Positions 25,375 to 37,895 of a stretch of DNA of 64,000 nucleotides are shown here, piece by piece. The DNA comes from Octopus sinensis (taxonomy: Eukaryota). Under the pieces are notes generated by a model. It was given only the letters and a program-made list of their open reading frames with translations, did not search any database and was not told where the DNA came from. The first letter of the stretch is position 1; each line of letters begins with the position of its first letter. Position numbers and translations under genes: made by a program. The stretch is taken from contig NC_043020.1 of NCBI RefSeq assembly GCF_006345805.1, positions 868,001 to 932,000 of the forward strand, read 5' to 3'.

Positions 25375-25705
25375 CTCTCTCTCTCTTTTTACTCTTTTAC
25401 TTGTTTCAGTCATTTGACTGCGGCCATGCTGGAGCACCGCCTTTTAGTCGAGTAAATCGACCCCCCCCCCAGGGCTTATTCTTTGTAAGCCTAGTACTTA
25501 TTCTATTGGTCTCTTATGCCAAACCGCTAAGTTACGGGGACGTAAACACACCAGCATCGGTTGTCAAGCAATGTTGCGGGGGACAAACACATACACACAT
25601 ATATATACATGTATACAACGGGCTTCTTTCAGTTTCCGTCTACCAAATCCACTTACAAGGCTTTGGTCGGCCCGAGGCTATAGTAGAAGACACTTGCCCA
25701 AAGTG
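25375..25705 (-). mobile_element. SINE family A, 5'-truncated
   Basis: Reverse-complement copy from the tail to ggcactttgggcaag. Confidence 0.85.
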
Positions 25706-25974
25706 CCATGGATCTCTACCATGATGTCAACTAAGAGAGCATCATTAAAATGCTACCGAAACAGCTGTTGTGAATTCAGAACACCCCTTGTGTTCTTATG
25801 TGTGTGTGTGTGTGTGTATATGTGTGTACCCCTCTGCATTGACGCATGCTATCTTTCATGCGTACATATTCTCTCTTCCTTATTTGCTCATTATCTCCAC
25901 ACACACACACATGTGTTTAGGGATAGAAAGAGAGAGATCACTGTCTGTCATACACAATAATACACTGCACATAT

Positions 25975-26450
25975 CATCATCATCATCTGCTTTCCATGCT
26001 AGCATGGGTTGGATGGTTCGACTGGGGTCTGGGAAGCCAGAAGGCTGCATATGCCCAGTCTGATCTAGCAATGTTTCTACAGCTGGATGCCCTTCCTAAT
26101 GCCAACCACTCCGTGAGTGTAGTGGGTGCTTTTTACGTGCCACCGGCACGGGGCCAAGCAAGGCTGGCAAACGGCCACGATCGGATGGTGCTTTTTACAT
26201 GCCACCGGCACAGAGGCCTGTCGGGGCGGCGCTGGCAAATGGCCACGATCAGATGGTGCTTTTTATGTGCCACCGGCACGGGGGCCAGGCGAGGCTGGAA
26301 ACGGCCACGATCAGATGGTGCTTTTTATGTGCCACCGGCACGGAGGCTCATCGGGGCGGTGCTGGCGACAGCCATGTTCGGATGGTTCACTTACGTGCCA
26401 CCGGCACTGGTATCACAGCTAAAATTCCATTGATGTTGATCGATTTCGAT
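25975..26450 (-). mobile_element. SINE family C with ~5 internal repeats
   Basis: (cat)n tail at the left and repeated gatggtgctttt(t)a(c/t)gtgccaccggcac. Confidence 0.85.
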
Positions 26451-26949
26451 TAAGTAGTATGTATAAATGTAATAACCATACATAATAAATATTAACATAA
26501 TACAAAATTTACAGATGAATTTAATATTGTGACTATTGTCTGAAAGAAATTTACCAAAATACCAAATACTAAATTATACATTAACAAAAGTCATTAATTA
26601 TCTGATATTTGTTTAGTGTGTGATTATTTCTTTGTTTTTGCTTTTATTTATTTTTCATTGATTGACATTTGTTGAGAAAAGCGCTTTTGTTAAAATTATG
26701 TTTATTAAAAATGTTTGATTTTTGTACATCCTTTGTAGGATTGTGTGCATGTGTGTATGTATGTATGTATATATTCTTTTATTATCTTTTAGTTATTTCA
26801 GGCCATGCTGGGGCACTATCTTGAAGGATTTAGTCAAATTACCCCCAGTACTTATTCTATCAGTCTCTTTAGCCAAACTGTTAAGTTATAGGGACATAAC
26901 CCAACACTGGTTGTCATATGATGGAGACAAACACAAAAACACACATTCA

Positions 26950-27255
26950 TATCACATGACCGACCAGGCTATTAGATGTTGTTACACATTGCTGGTCACA
27001 ATGCACTTCGTATTGTTTTAGCCTTCAAATGACGCCACCTCGCTGGATTAGTGAGCAGGCCAAGAGAAGAAAGAGTGAGAGAAAGTTGTGGTGAAAGAGT
27101 ACAGCAGGGGTCGCCACCAGCCCCTGCCGGAGCCTTGTGGAGCTTTAGGTGTTTTCGCTCAATAAACACGCACAACGCCCGGTCTGGGAATCAAAACCGC
27201 GATCTTACGACCGCAAGTCCGCTACCTTAACCACTGGGACATTGCGCCTCCACTG
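26950..27255 (-). mobile_element. tRNA-headed SINE (family D-related)
   Basis: Minus strand ggaggcgcaatgtcccagtggttaaggtagcggacttgcggtcg...gattcccagaccgggc. Confidence 0.7.
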
Positions 27256-27277
27256 ATCACGTGATATATATAATATG

Positions 27278-27445
27278 CGAAGGTGCATGGCTCAGTGGTT
27301 AGAGCGTCGAGCTTACGATCATGAGGTTGTGAGTTCGGATCCCGGACCGGGCTGCATGTTGTGTTCTTGAGCAAGACAGATTATTTCACGTTGCTCCAGT
27401 TCACTCAGTTGTAGAAATGAGTTGCGACGTCACAGGTGCCAAGCA
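27278..27445 (+). mobile_element. SINE family D, 5' part
   Basis: ggtgcatggctcagtggttagagcg A-box and gagttcggatcccg B-box. Confidence 0.75.
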
Positions 27446-27615
27446 CTAGGGCCACTCTGCTGGGTGGTTGGTGTTAGGAAGGGCATCCAGATGTAAAAGT
27501 CCTGCCAAAACAGTTACAGAAGTCTGATGCAAGCTTTTGCATGGCCGGGCTCCTGTCAAACCATCCCACCCATGCCAGCATGGAAGGCAGATCCTAAACA
27601 ATGATGATGATGATG

Positions 27616-27647
<32 letters not shown>

Positions 27648-27648
27648 C

Positions 27649-27682
<34 letters not shown>

Positions 27683-28539
27683 TACATGAGTGAGTGTATT
27701 TTTGTGTGCATTTTTTTCAGTTTTTGCAATAAATATTAACTTTACCTTATATTTAAAAAAAAAAGTTCTCTTGGATATGGAAAGACAAAGAGGGAATTGA
27801 CAGAAAGAACGAAAGAAGCACAAGAAAGGCAAATAGGTGTGAGGGGGACGAGAGGTGTGTGTGTGGGGGAGTATGACAAAATATGAAAGGAGGGAGAGAG
27901 AGAGGGAAAGTAGATGTGGAAGTGGGAAGTGGTGGGCAGGGCAGGGTGGGGCGATGTAGTGAATAGAAAAAAAAATGATATAAATAAGAAAAATGAAAAA
28001 GTAAACAAAACCTCGAAATTTTTTCTTTATATTCTTTAAAATCCCAATTTCAGGAATTAAATTTGTGGTATTGTTTTTTTTGGGGGCTTTTTTTTTTGTA
28101 TTTGGTTATAATTTATATTTCTCTTGGTGTGTTATGTTTACGAATGTGTGCGTGTGTGTGTGTGTGTGTATTCGTGGTGATCTGTTAGCATGTTTGTGGT
28201 TCTTTGGGTGTGTGTGCGTGCGCGCGTATGTACACATATAATCGTGTATGACGATTTGTGTACGCACGCATGTGTATGCTTGAATATGTGTGTTTCTCTA
28301 TGTAGGTATCTGTGTATGTATGTATGTTTGCGTGTGCATTTGTATTTATATATGCAGCTTTGTGTGTACGTGTGTGCATATATGTGCATTTGTATGTGTA
28401 TGCATTAATGTATGCGTGTGTGCGAATTTGTGTGTATATGTGTACTTTGTATTATATATATGGTTAGCTGGTCGCTTGTATGCCTTTATATGTATATGTA
28501 TGTACTATGTTTGTAGTGCACGTATGTGTATATATTTGA

Positions 28540-28584
<45 letters not shown>

Positions 28585-28588
<4 letters not shown>

Positions 28589-28970
28589 AGTGGCTGTGTG
28601 GTAAGTAGCTTGCTAACCAACCACATGGTTCGTTCTGGGTTCAGTCCCACTGTGTGTCTTCTGCTATAGCCCCGGGCCGACCAATGCCTTGTGAGTGGAT
28701 TTCGTAGACGGAAACTGAAAGAAGCCTGTCGTATATATGTATATATATATATGTGTGTTTGTGTGTTTGTGTTTGTCCCCCTAGCATTGCTTGACAACCG
28801 ATGCTGGTGTGTTTACGTCCCCGTAACTTAGCGGTTCGGCAAAAGAGACCGATAGAATAAGTACTGGGCTTACAAAAGAATAAGTCCCAGGGTCGATTTG
28901 CTCAACTAAAGGCGGTGCTCCAGCATGGCCACAGTCACATGACTGAAACAAATAAAAGAGTAAAAAGAGA
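28585..28970 (+). mobile_element. SINE family A
   Basis: Near full length, with a short deletion in the CORE-like block. Confidence 0.85.
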
Positions 28971-29911
28971 GTATATATATATATCTTTCTCTGTGTACAT
29001 ATCTATGTGCACATGTGTGTGTGCATTTATATGTGCACCTGTATGCGGTTATATAGCTGTCTGTCTTTATGTGTGTATTTATTTATGTATGTTTGTATTT
29101 ATGGATTGTCTAAATTCATTTATATTTATACATATGGGTATACATGTGTGTGTGTGTGTATTTGTATATACGTTTATGTGAAAGTGTGTATGTATGTGTC
29201 CGTATGTTTTTTGTACGTGAGGGTACGTGTGTGGAATCATTTGTGGTTTGTATGCGTAAATCTATGTCTGTCAGAGCATATGTAATTTATATGCACGTGG
29301 TTACGCGCGTGTGTGCATGCGCACGTGTGTGCGTGTGTATGTGTGTGTTTGTGTATGTGTGTGAATGTGTGTGTGCATGTGTGTGTGTTTATATGTAAAG
29401 GTACAAATGTGGATTGTATATGGATTCATTTGTACGTGTCTGTAATTGTGTATTTGCATGCGTGTGTATGCGTGTGTGTGTGTGTGTGTAAGTGTGTGTA
29501 TGTGTGTGTTTGCTATCATTTAATGAATTGAGCTGTTTGTGAAAATATATTGGAATCGGTGACAAAGAAGACGTTTTCTTCCATTTTTCTTTTGTCTTTG
29601 GAGAAGAAGAAGATGGGAGAGGAGAACAGAGGAGAGAGAATTGTTATAATTTAATAATCCAAACAACAACACACCAACTTTTAAACAACAACAACAGCAG
29701 CAACAACAACAAAACATCTTGCTTGCTTTCTTTGATTTATTTATTTATTTTTGGCACAGTGGTGGTGGACGGGGAAGGAATTTTCTTCTTTCTGTTTTTT
29801 TTAACTTCCATTCATGCTTTACCATCTTTTTGTCTCTCTTTCCTGTCATTTTGTTTTTTTATAATTTTTATTTAATTTTTTTTTGTTTTCATTTCATCAT
29901 CATCATCATCA

Positions 29912-29963
<52 letters not shown>

Positions 29964-30050
29964 CATTATTTGATTGATAGTTTTTCATTAAATATTCTGT
30001 AAAGGTGTTTTCGAATTCTCTCTTCTGCCTTCATTTTTGTGAAGCGCTTC

Positions 30051-30083
<33 letters not shown>

Positions 30084-30914
30084 TCATACATTCATACACA
30101 CACCCGCACACACTCATGTATACACATGTGGTAATAGATTGCCTCTCAGACATATTTCAATGTATGTCGAGATATATACACACGCGCACAAACACATGTA
30201 CATGTGTGCCTATGAGAGAACAAGTGGTTTCTTGTGATAGGAAATACACCAATGTTATTGGCTAGTGATGGTCATGGTGGTGGAGGGGAGGAGTGATGAA
30301 AGATAACCCATGCATTGTTGTTAACAGGTTGTGTAGATGATAGCAACATGTAGTTGTCGTGGTACTGATGACAGAAATGATACTTTCCCTGTTGTGTAAG
30401 AAAGGGGATTCTAGTTGAGATGTATCTCATGTTCTTGGTCTCGTGTGACCCTTACTATCATGAAATTATATGCAAAGAGTTTCATTGATCAAATCAACCT
30501 CAGAGCCCCCCTTTTTTTCTTTCTTTCTTGTTTTCAAATCTGGATCTTCTAATGGTTTCTTTTGCCAAACTGCTCAATAATGGAGTATAAACAAACAAAC
30601 ATACACACATCCATCCATCCATCCATCCATCCATCCATCCACCCACCCATCTATCCATCTATCTATCTACCTATCTATCTATCTATCCATCCATCTATCT
30701 ATAGACAGATAGATAATAATCTGGATGTGACCAACCAGATTACTAGATGTTCTACACCGCTGGTCACATGTAGTAAATTTGCCAGATCAGATTGAGCCTG
30801 GTGCAGCCTCTGGTTCACCAGTCCTCAGTCAAACCATCCAACCCATGCCAGCAAGGAAAGCAGACGTTAAACGATGATGATGATGATATATACATACATA
30901 TATATATATATATA

Positions 30915-31170
30915 TTTACAGTTAACATGGAAAATTCAATAAACAGTTACCAGGGTAGCAAAATTCACGCAAGTAACAAGAATGTAGCGACTTATTCAAA
31001 GGTAGAAACTCCGGGTCAATGCAGTAATTTGTATAGTATAAGTAAATAAATGGAGTTGAACGCAGGTGTTATTCAAATTCTTTTACTTTCGACATATGTT
31101 TCGAAGACAACATTGGTTTTATTCCAAAGGAATAAACGGTGTAAAATAATGTAATCTTCTCATCAGGAAA
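30915..31170 (-). mobile_element. Hammerhead-bearing dispersed repeat (Penelope pLTR-like or retrozyme-like), copy 1
   Basis: Collinear similarity to 48325-48622 extends well beyond the ribozyme (gaatttgaataacacctgc, gagtttctaccttt, tgctaccctggtaact, tgtaaa). Confidence 0.65.
31087..31170 (-). ncRNA. Type I hammerhead ribozyme motif (minimal stem III, long stem II)
   Basis: Minus strand reads tttc-CTGATGA-gaagattacatt...aatgttgtcttc-GAAA-C-atat-G-TC-gaaa. All core nucleotides are present, with a G10.1-C11.1 closing pair, a 4-bp stem I, a paired stem II and a GUC cleavage triplet. Confidence 0.75.
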
Positions 31171-31177
31171 TATATAT

Positions 31178-31450
31178 AGGTGTGGCTGTGTGGTAAGAAG
31201 CTTGCTTCTCAACCACTTCGTTCCAGGTTCAATCCCACTACATGCCACCTTAGCCATGTGTCTTCTACTTTAGCCTCGGGTCGACCAAAGACTTGTAAGT
31301 GGATTTGGTATATGGAAACTGAAAGAAGCTTGTTATATGTATATGTGTGTGTGTTTGTATGTGTTTGTCCCACCATCACCACTTGACAACTAGTGTTGGT
31401 GTGTTTACGTCCCCATAACTTTGTGGTTCGGCAAAAGAGACTGACAGAAG
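31178..31450 (+). mobile_element. SINE family A (diverged), abutting the hammerhead repeat
   Basis: ggtgtggctgtgtggtaagaagcttgc head. Confidence 0.75.
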
Positions 31451-31629
31451 CAGGAAAAGAGCTCAGCAGAACCAACAGTACTCCACACATTGGCACTGAG
31501 TGGAGGAATCCTAGAAGATCAAGTCAGGATCATCAAGTTCTGTCAAGAGAGTTACTGCAATACATCCATAAGGGTCGCATCCTTGGTTGTGTAATCAGCT
31601 AATCAATGATTCTATATGACTCAAGCTTC

Positions 31630-31830
31630 CAAGGCCTGAAATTTTGGGGAAGGGGGCCAGTCAATTAGATCAACCCCAGTATGCAACTGGTACTTAATCT
31701 ATCGACTCCGAAAGAATGAAAGGCAAAGTCAACCTCGGCAGAATTTGAACTCACAATGTAGCAGCAGACGAAATACTGCTGAACATTTTGCCTGGTGTGC
31801 TAACGATTCTGCCAGCTTGCCACCTTTGGT
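31630..31830 (-). mobile_element. SINE family B
   Basis: Reverse complement of the head and core. Confidence 0.8.
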
Positions 31831-32641
31831 TTTAAATTTGAACTCAGAATGCAGCGCTGGGCAAAATACTAAGGTATCACACCGTGGGACTGAACCCAGA
31901 ACCATGTGATTGGGAAGCAAATTTCTTACCACTCAGTCTTCCTGACATTTTTTTCTTAAAAAAACAGAAAAGCCAACACCTTTCTGTTTAAGACAGTGAG
32001 ACGCTTCTTGTCTTCAAGCGAAGACAGACGCTCGACTGATTGTAAATGATCCTGAGTCTCTTCGTTTATCGAATTAGATTTGCTTGACTTGAACCCTGGA
32101 TGCTTGTGTTGAAAGGCAGAAATGCTTTCTCTTGTGCTTGCTGTAAGTGTTTGCAACAATCAATTCGATGTACTTGTACATTAGAAGTGGCAAGCACCTT
32201 CTAAATGACAAGTGTGACATGATAAATTGAATTAAGTATTTACAAGTCTTCTTCATACTGAATTAAACAACAGAACAAGACACACCACCACCACCACCAC
32301 TCCTCCTCAACCAAGCTCTCTTTCTTTCACTCCCTTTTTGACACACTCTCTCTCTCCCTCTCTTTACAATAACAATAGTAAAAAAGGAAAACAACATCAG
32401 TTTAAAAAAAACTTCAGTAAAGAAAATAATGATGCAGTTTTACTTCAGCATTTTTAATGTGTGTGTGTGTGTGCATGCATGTGTATGTATGTATATATAT
32501 ATATACACACACACACACATATATACATATATACATATACATACACACACAAATGTGTGTGTATGCATACGTATGTATGTCCATGTATTTTTGTAATCTA
32601 TTTTTATCCTTTCCTTTTTTATTCTAAATCATTTTTGTTTC

Positions 32642-32683
<42 letters not shown>

Positions 32684-32725
32684 GTCTGTGTGTGTGTTTG
32701 TGTGTAAATGTATTATGTGTGTGTG

Positions 32726-32770
<45 letters not shown>

Positions 32771-33133
32771 GTGTTTTTATATGCATATGTGTATGTATGT
32801 ATAAGTATATATATACATGTGTATGTATATATATGTATGCTTATGAGTTTGTGTATATGTTTGTGTATATATATATATGTATGTATGTGTATATGTGTGT
32901 GTGTGTATGTATATATATATGTTTATATATGTGTGTGTGTATATATATATATATATGTTTATATGTGTGTGTGTGTATATATATATATATGTGTGTGTGT
33001 GTGTATATATATATGTATATATATATAGATATATATATATATATGTGTGTGTGTATATATATATGTATATATATATAGATTGATAGATAGATAGATAGAT
33101 ATGTGTATACATATAAGTATGTGTGTGTGTGTA

Positions 33134-33174
<41 letters not shown>

Positions 33175-33757
33175 ATTGGTGAATCTGAAAGCAAATTTCA
33201 GTCTAGAAACAAGGAAACGGTTTGTCAGAATGATTCCAAACAATTCTTTTGCCTCCAGAGAGTCAAGTCCTGAAGCTGTGTACGGAAACAAAGCACATGT
33301 CCTCTCCTCTCTCTTTAGTTTCCAACAATAATCCTCGTCATCGTTCCAGGATCAATTCACTGATGGACGGACACTTCATGTAGTTGTGTATTTATTTATT
33401 TCCTATTTTCTGGGGCTTTTGTGTGTGTGTGTGTGTGTAATGTGATTGTTGTTGTTGTTGTTGCTGCTGCTGTTGTTGTTGCAAATGTTTATTTCCCTTC
33501 CAATTCTGAAATATCTGAATTTTTAAGTATTTCAAATACATTTTTTTATTGACAGCTCCACTCTAGGTTCATCACTCATCTCTCTCTCTCTCTCTCTCTT
33601 CTCTCTCTTTCTCTCTCTGTTGCACTCTCTCCTTCTTTCCCTCTCTCTCTGTATCTCCCTATATATATATATGTGTCTATGTATATATGTATGTATATAT
33701 GTATGTATATATATATGCATATATATATGTATATATATGTGTGTGTGTATGTGTGTG

Positions 33758-33789
<32 letters not shown>

Positions 33790-34274
33790 TCCCCACATAT
33801 TTTTTGGTACTGTATATGTATATTATATACATATTAAACTATGCATTATAAAGTTTATATACATATGTACATTATATATATCTATACATACATACACACA
33901 CACATACACATAGTACAAGAAATTGTAATTTTTTCCCCATTTTGTCAAATACTGTAATACCAATCTTACAAGCTAACTAATACAATATTTGACAGTTAAG
34001 CAGAAAGAAGAAGAAGAAGAAGGGGGAAAAAATTGAAAAATTAAACGAAAGGTATCAAATAATTGCAAAGCAAAAAGAAAAACAAAACAGTTAAGAAAAT
34101 AACAACTTTGAAAAAAAAAAAAAAGGCAAAAGTGAAGCAAAACAAAAGAATAAATACTGTAGATGAAAATGTTTTTTAGTTGATCTTCTCCTGGCAGAAA
34201 TAGTTTCAGTGAGAATGTTTCAAATTGAAACTAACCAGGGAGAGAATCACCATGAAGGTATTTATCAATAGGTA

Positions 34275-34457
34275 TTGATAAATTTCTGGATAGAGGTGGT
34301 GGTAGAAGTAGTAGTAGTAGTAGTGGTAGTGGTGGTGGTGGTGGTGGTGTTGTTGTTGCTGTTTGTCTTCTTCATCTTCATCATCATCTTGCTCCTTGTC
34401 AGCATCTTTTTTTTGCCACCTTGTTCATCATTATCATCATTATCATTATTATTATCA

Positions 34458-34491
<34 letters not shown>

Positions 34492-34619
34492 CATCATCAT
34501 CATCATCATCATCATCATTATTATTATTATTATCATCATCATCATCATCATTATTATTATCATCATCATCATTATTATCATCATTATTATCATTATCATC
34601 ATCATCATTATTATTATCA

Positions 34620-34659
<40 letters not shown>

Positions 34660-34840
34660 CATCATCATCATCATCATCATCATTATTATTATCCTCATCA
34701 TCATCATCATCATCATTATTATTATCATCATTATCATTATTATCATCATTATTATCATTATCATCATTATTATCATCATCATTATTATTTTTATTATTAT
34801 TGTTATTATTATTATTATTATTATATTATTATTATTATTG
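34275..34840. repeat. Compound (ATT)n/(ATC)n trinucleotide tract
   Basis: Direct inspection; it explains the poly-I/H/Y/L ORFs. Confidence 0.95.
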
Positions 34841-35058
34841 AGTGAGAGAGCAGTTCATGCCATCAAAGTGACACTGGGGTAAAATATACGAAGCCCAATA
34901 TACCCAGCATGACTACCCGTCTGATAAGGGTACACAAGACACATGCATCACAACCATATGTGCGCGACATGGTGATCTCATATCAAGATAAACAGCGCAT
35001 GACCTTGCAGGTGGGGCCCAGTTAGAATTTTCTTCAGGCTGAGTAGCCCATCCCGCTC

Positions 35059-35108
<50 letters not shown>

Positions 35109-37078
35109 GGGTAGTGAGCTGGCAGAATTGTTAGCATGCTGGGCGAAATGCTTAGCAGCATTTCTTCGGTCTTTACATTCTGAGTTCAAATTCCACAGAG
35201 ATCAACTTTGCCTTTCATCCTTTTGAGTAATAATAATAATAATAATGATAACAAGACACAGCTGCATTATCTAACTGATGAATACAGTAGGTTGGGATTA
35301 TCTCACTATCCACACTTTGCTTAATTTAAAATCTTTTGTTTTAATTACTTTTACATCTATTATTCTATGTAAGCATGGGTTGTATGACTCTGCAAAGTCT
35401 GAGAATAGCAAAGTGAACTTTTGCTCTTTTGACTGCAGTGATGTAAGCTGTACCACTGAATGACCTCTGCACTCTGTCATGAGAAAGTGATCTCTATTAT
35501 CCTTCTTAACGATTAGAATATTATTCCTTGCTTGAAGGGCCACCGTATCATGCCTGTACTTGTGGTTTTGTATTAATGATATCTGAGTTCTACAGTCTCG
35601 GTACTTAAGCAGTAAAACCATCAGTTGCTGCAAACCATTCTTCACATTTGTATTAATTCCAATTCCTTTGAAAACAAATTTTAATAACATTGTATCTTGT
35701 GACACAACTTTCGCTGCAACACCTGCGAGGAGCTGTCTTTAAAATGACAACTGTTGAGTGCGTTTTGTTGCCATTCTTTAATCCCGCCAAAGACAGCTTC
35801 TGGCAAAGTATCTTTCAAGCCAACGCATGCAATATTTTCCACTTGGTTTCAAGATCACTTGTTATGGATGCTACTGAATTTGATGGCACAGAAATTATCA
35901 AGTTCATCTCGCTATCATCTGTGTCAACTACTTGAAATATATTGATCTTGTTGAACTTTGTGAATATTTTAATAAATCCAATATAATTCCATTCCAGACT
36001 GATTGTTGCATTCTTAAAGTTGTATCTTCCATCAGAATTCTTGATCCTGAGTTCTTGAATTTAAGAATGGGTCATTGTTTTTATGTTAACAACACTAACG
36101 ACAATGAAATGGTTCTTTTTTTGGAACAGTGATTCTTGAAGCGCATAAGGTTATAAGATCTGAAATTTTAGAGGAAGGTGGCTTGTTGATTAGATCAACC
36201 CCAGTTGATTATCTTATTGACCTTGAAATAATGATAAGTAAAGTCAGCCTCAGCAGGATTCGAACTCAGAATAAATGCTACCTAGTATTTCATAATAATA
36301 ATGATCCTTTCTGCTAAAGGCACAAGGTGGTGGTGGTGGATTGGCGGCAGTTGTTGTTTAATTGAAAATATATTCTATCTAGAACAGGAAAAGCTAATAA
36401 TGCTTTTTCCATCTACTTGTTTGTGATTATATATATATATATATATTCATACATATATACATATACATCTCATTGGGAGTTACCTTGGAAATATCTGAAT
36501 TGATGCAATGTAACTTGAGTCTTATTGTAGTTTTGTTACCTTTTTCGTTATATTGACAATTGAGATTTTCCTTTTTTTTACGGCAGTTCTTCTTCAAAAT
36601 GTAGGTGCAGTGTTTGTGTGATCAATACATTTATCATAGCGTACACATTATTGATTATCAGTGATCCCTGAATGGAATAAAATATTTCACTGGCATTACA
36701 GAAGGACAAAATTTATTGTATTAGGGGTTTTTCTGAAGGATGGGTTACATCTCATGTGTAGGTTTGTAGATATTTGTGATTTTGTTTTTGTGGTGTATAT
36801 GTGTATAAGTGTATGCAGCGTTCCTATGTAATTAGATGTTTTATTAGTGGCTGTATGTGTATATAAATGTTTGCATGTATGTGTGTGTGTATATATACAT
36901 ATATATATATATATATGCACACACACACGTGCATACATATATATTTATGTATATATATAATGATTATATTATGCATACTTATATTTATACGTATATATAT
37001 ATACACACACACATATATAAATGAATATAGATATACATATATACATTTATACATACATATACACACATATATATATGA

Positions 37079-37109
<31 letters not shown>

Positions 37110-37264
37110 CATATATGAATGAACATACACACATATATATTTATATAGATATTTACACACATATATAAATATATATATACACACAAACACATAATTATAT
37201 ATATATAAGTATATATATACACACACACATAATTATATATATATACAAATTCCATTGATGTTTG

Positions 37265-37895
37265 CAAATCAAAATAGATGAACATCAATGGAATTTGTAT
37301 CTTTGTGGTACCAGTGCCGGTGGCACGTGGCACATAAGAAAACCATCCGAACGTGGCCGTAGCCAGTACCGCATCGACTGGCCTCCGTGCTGTGGGCACG
37401 TAACAAGCACCATCCAATCGTGGCCGTTTGCCAGCCTCATCTGGCACCTGTGTCGGTGGCACATAAAAACACCATCCGAGCGAGGCCGTCTGCCAGCCTC
37501 GTCTGGCACCTGTGTCAGTGGCACATAAAAACACCATCCGAGCGTGGCCGTCTGCCAGCCTCGTCTGGCACCTGTGTCGGTGGCACATAAAAAAAACACC
37601 ATCCGAGCGTGGCCGTCAGCCAGCCTCGTCTGGACCTGTGTCGGTGGCCACATAAAAACACCATCCGAGCATGGCCGTCTGCCAGCCTCGTCTGGCACCG
37701 TGTGGTGTGGCACATAAAATCACCCACTACACTCTCGGAGTGGTTGGCGTTAGGAAGGGCATCCAGCTGTAGAAACACTGCCAGATCTGACTGGACTGGT
37801 GCAGCTTTCGGGCTCCCCAGACCCCAGTTGAACCGTCCAACCCATGCTAGCATGGAAAGCGGACGTTAAATGATGATGATGATGATGATGATGAT
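37265..37895 (+). mobile_element. SINE family C with a long internal tandem array (~8 units)
   Basis: Repeated tggcacataaaaacaccatccgagcg(t/a)ggccgtctgccagcctcgtctggcacctgtgtc, then the standard 3' end and (gat)n. Confidence 0.85.

Noticed and set aside
22825-27445. tRNA genes at SINE heads (22825, 27255, 27278, also 59600)
   Set aside because: A and B boxes are present, but there is no complete cloverleaf or acceptor stem, and each runs into a SINE body.
34190-34275. Exon-like segment (cag|aaatag...gaag|gtattt)
   Set aside because: It has no FUT8 similarity, and the flanking FUT8 exons join directly.
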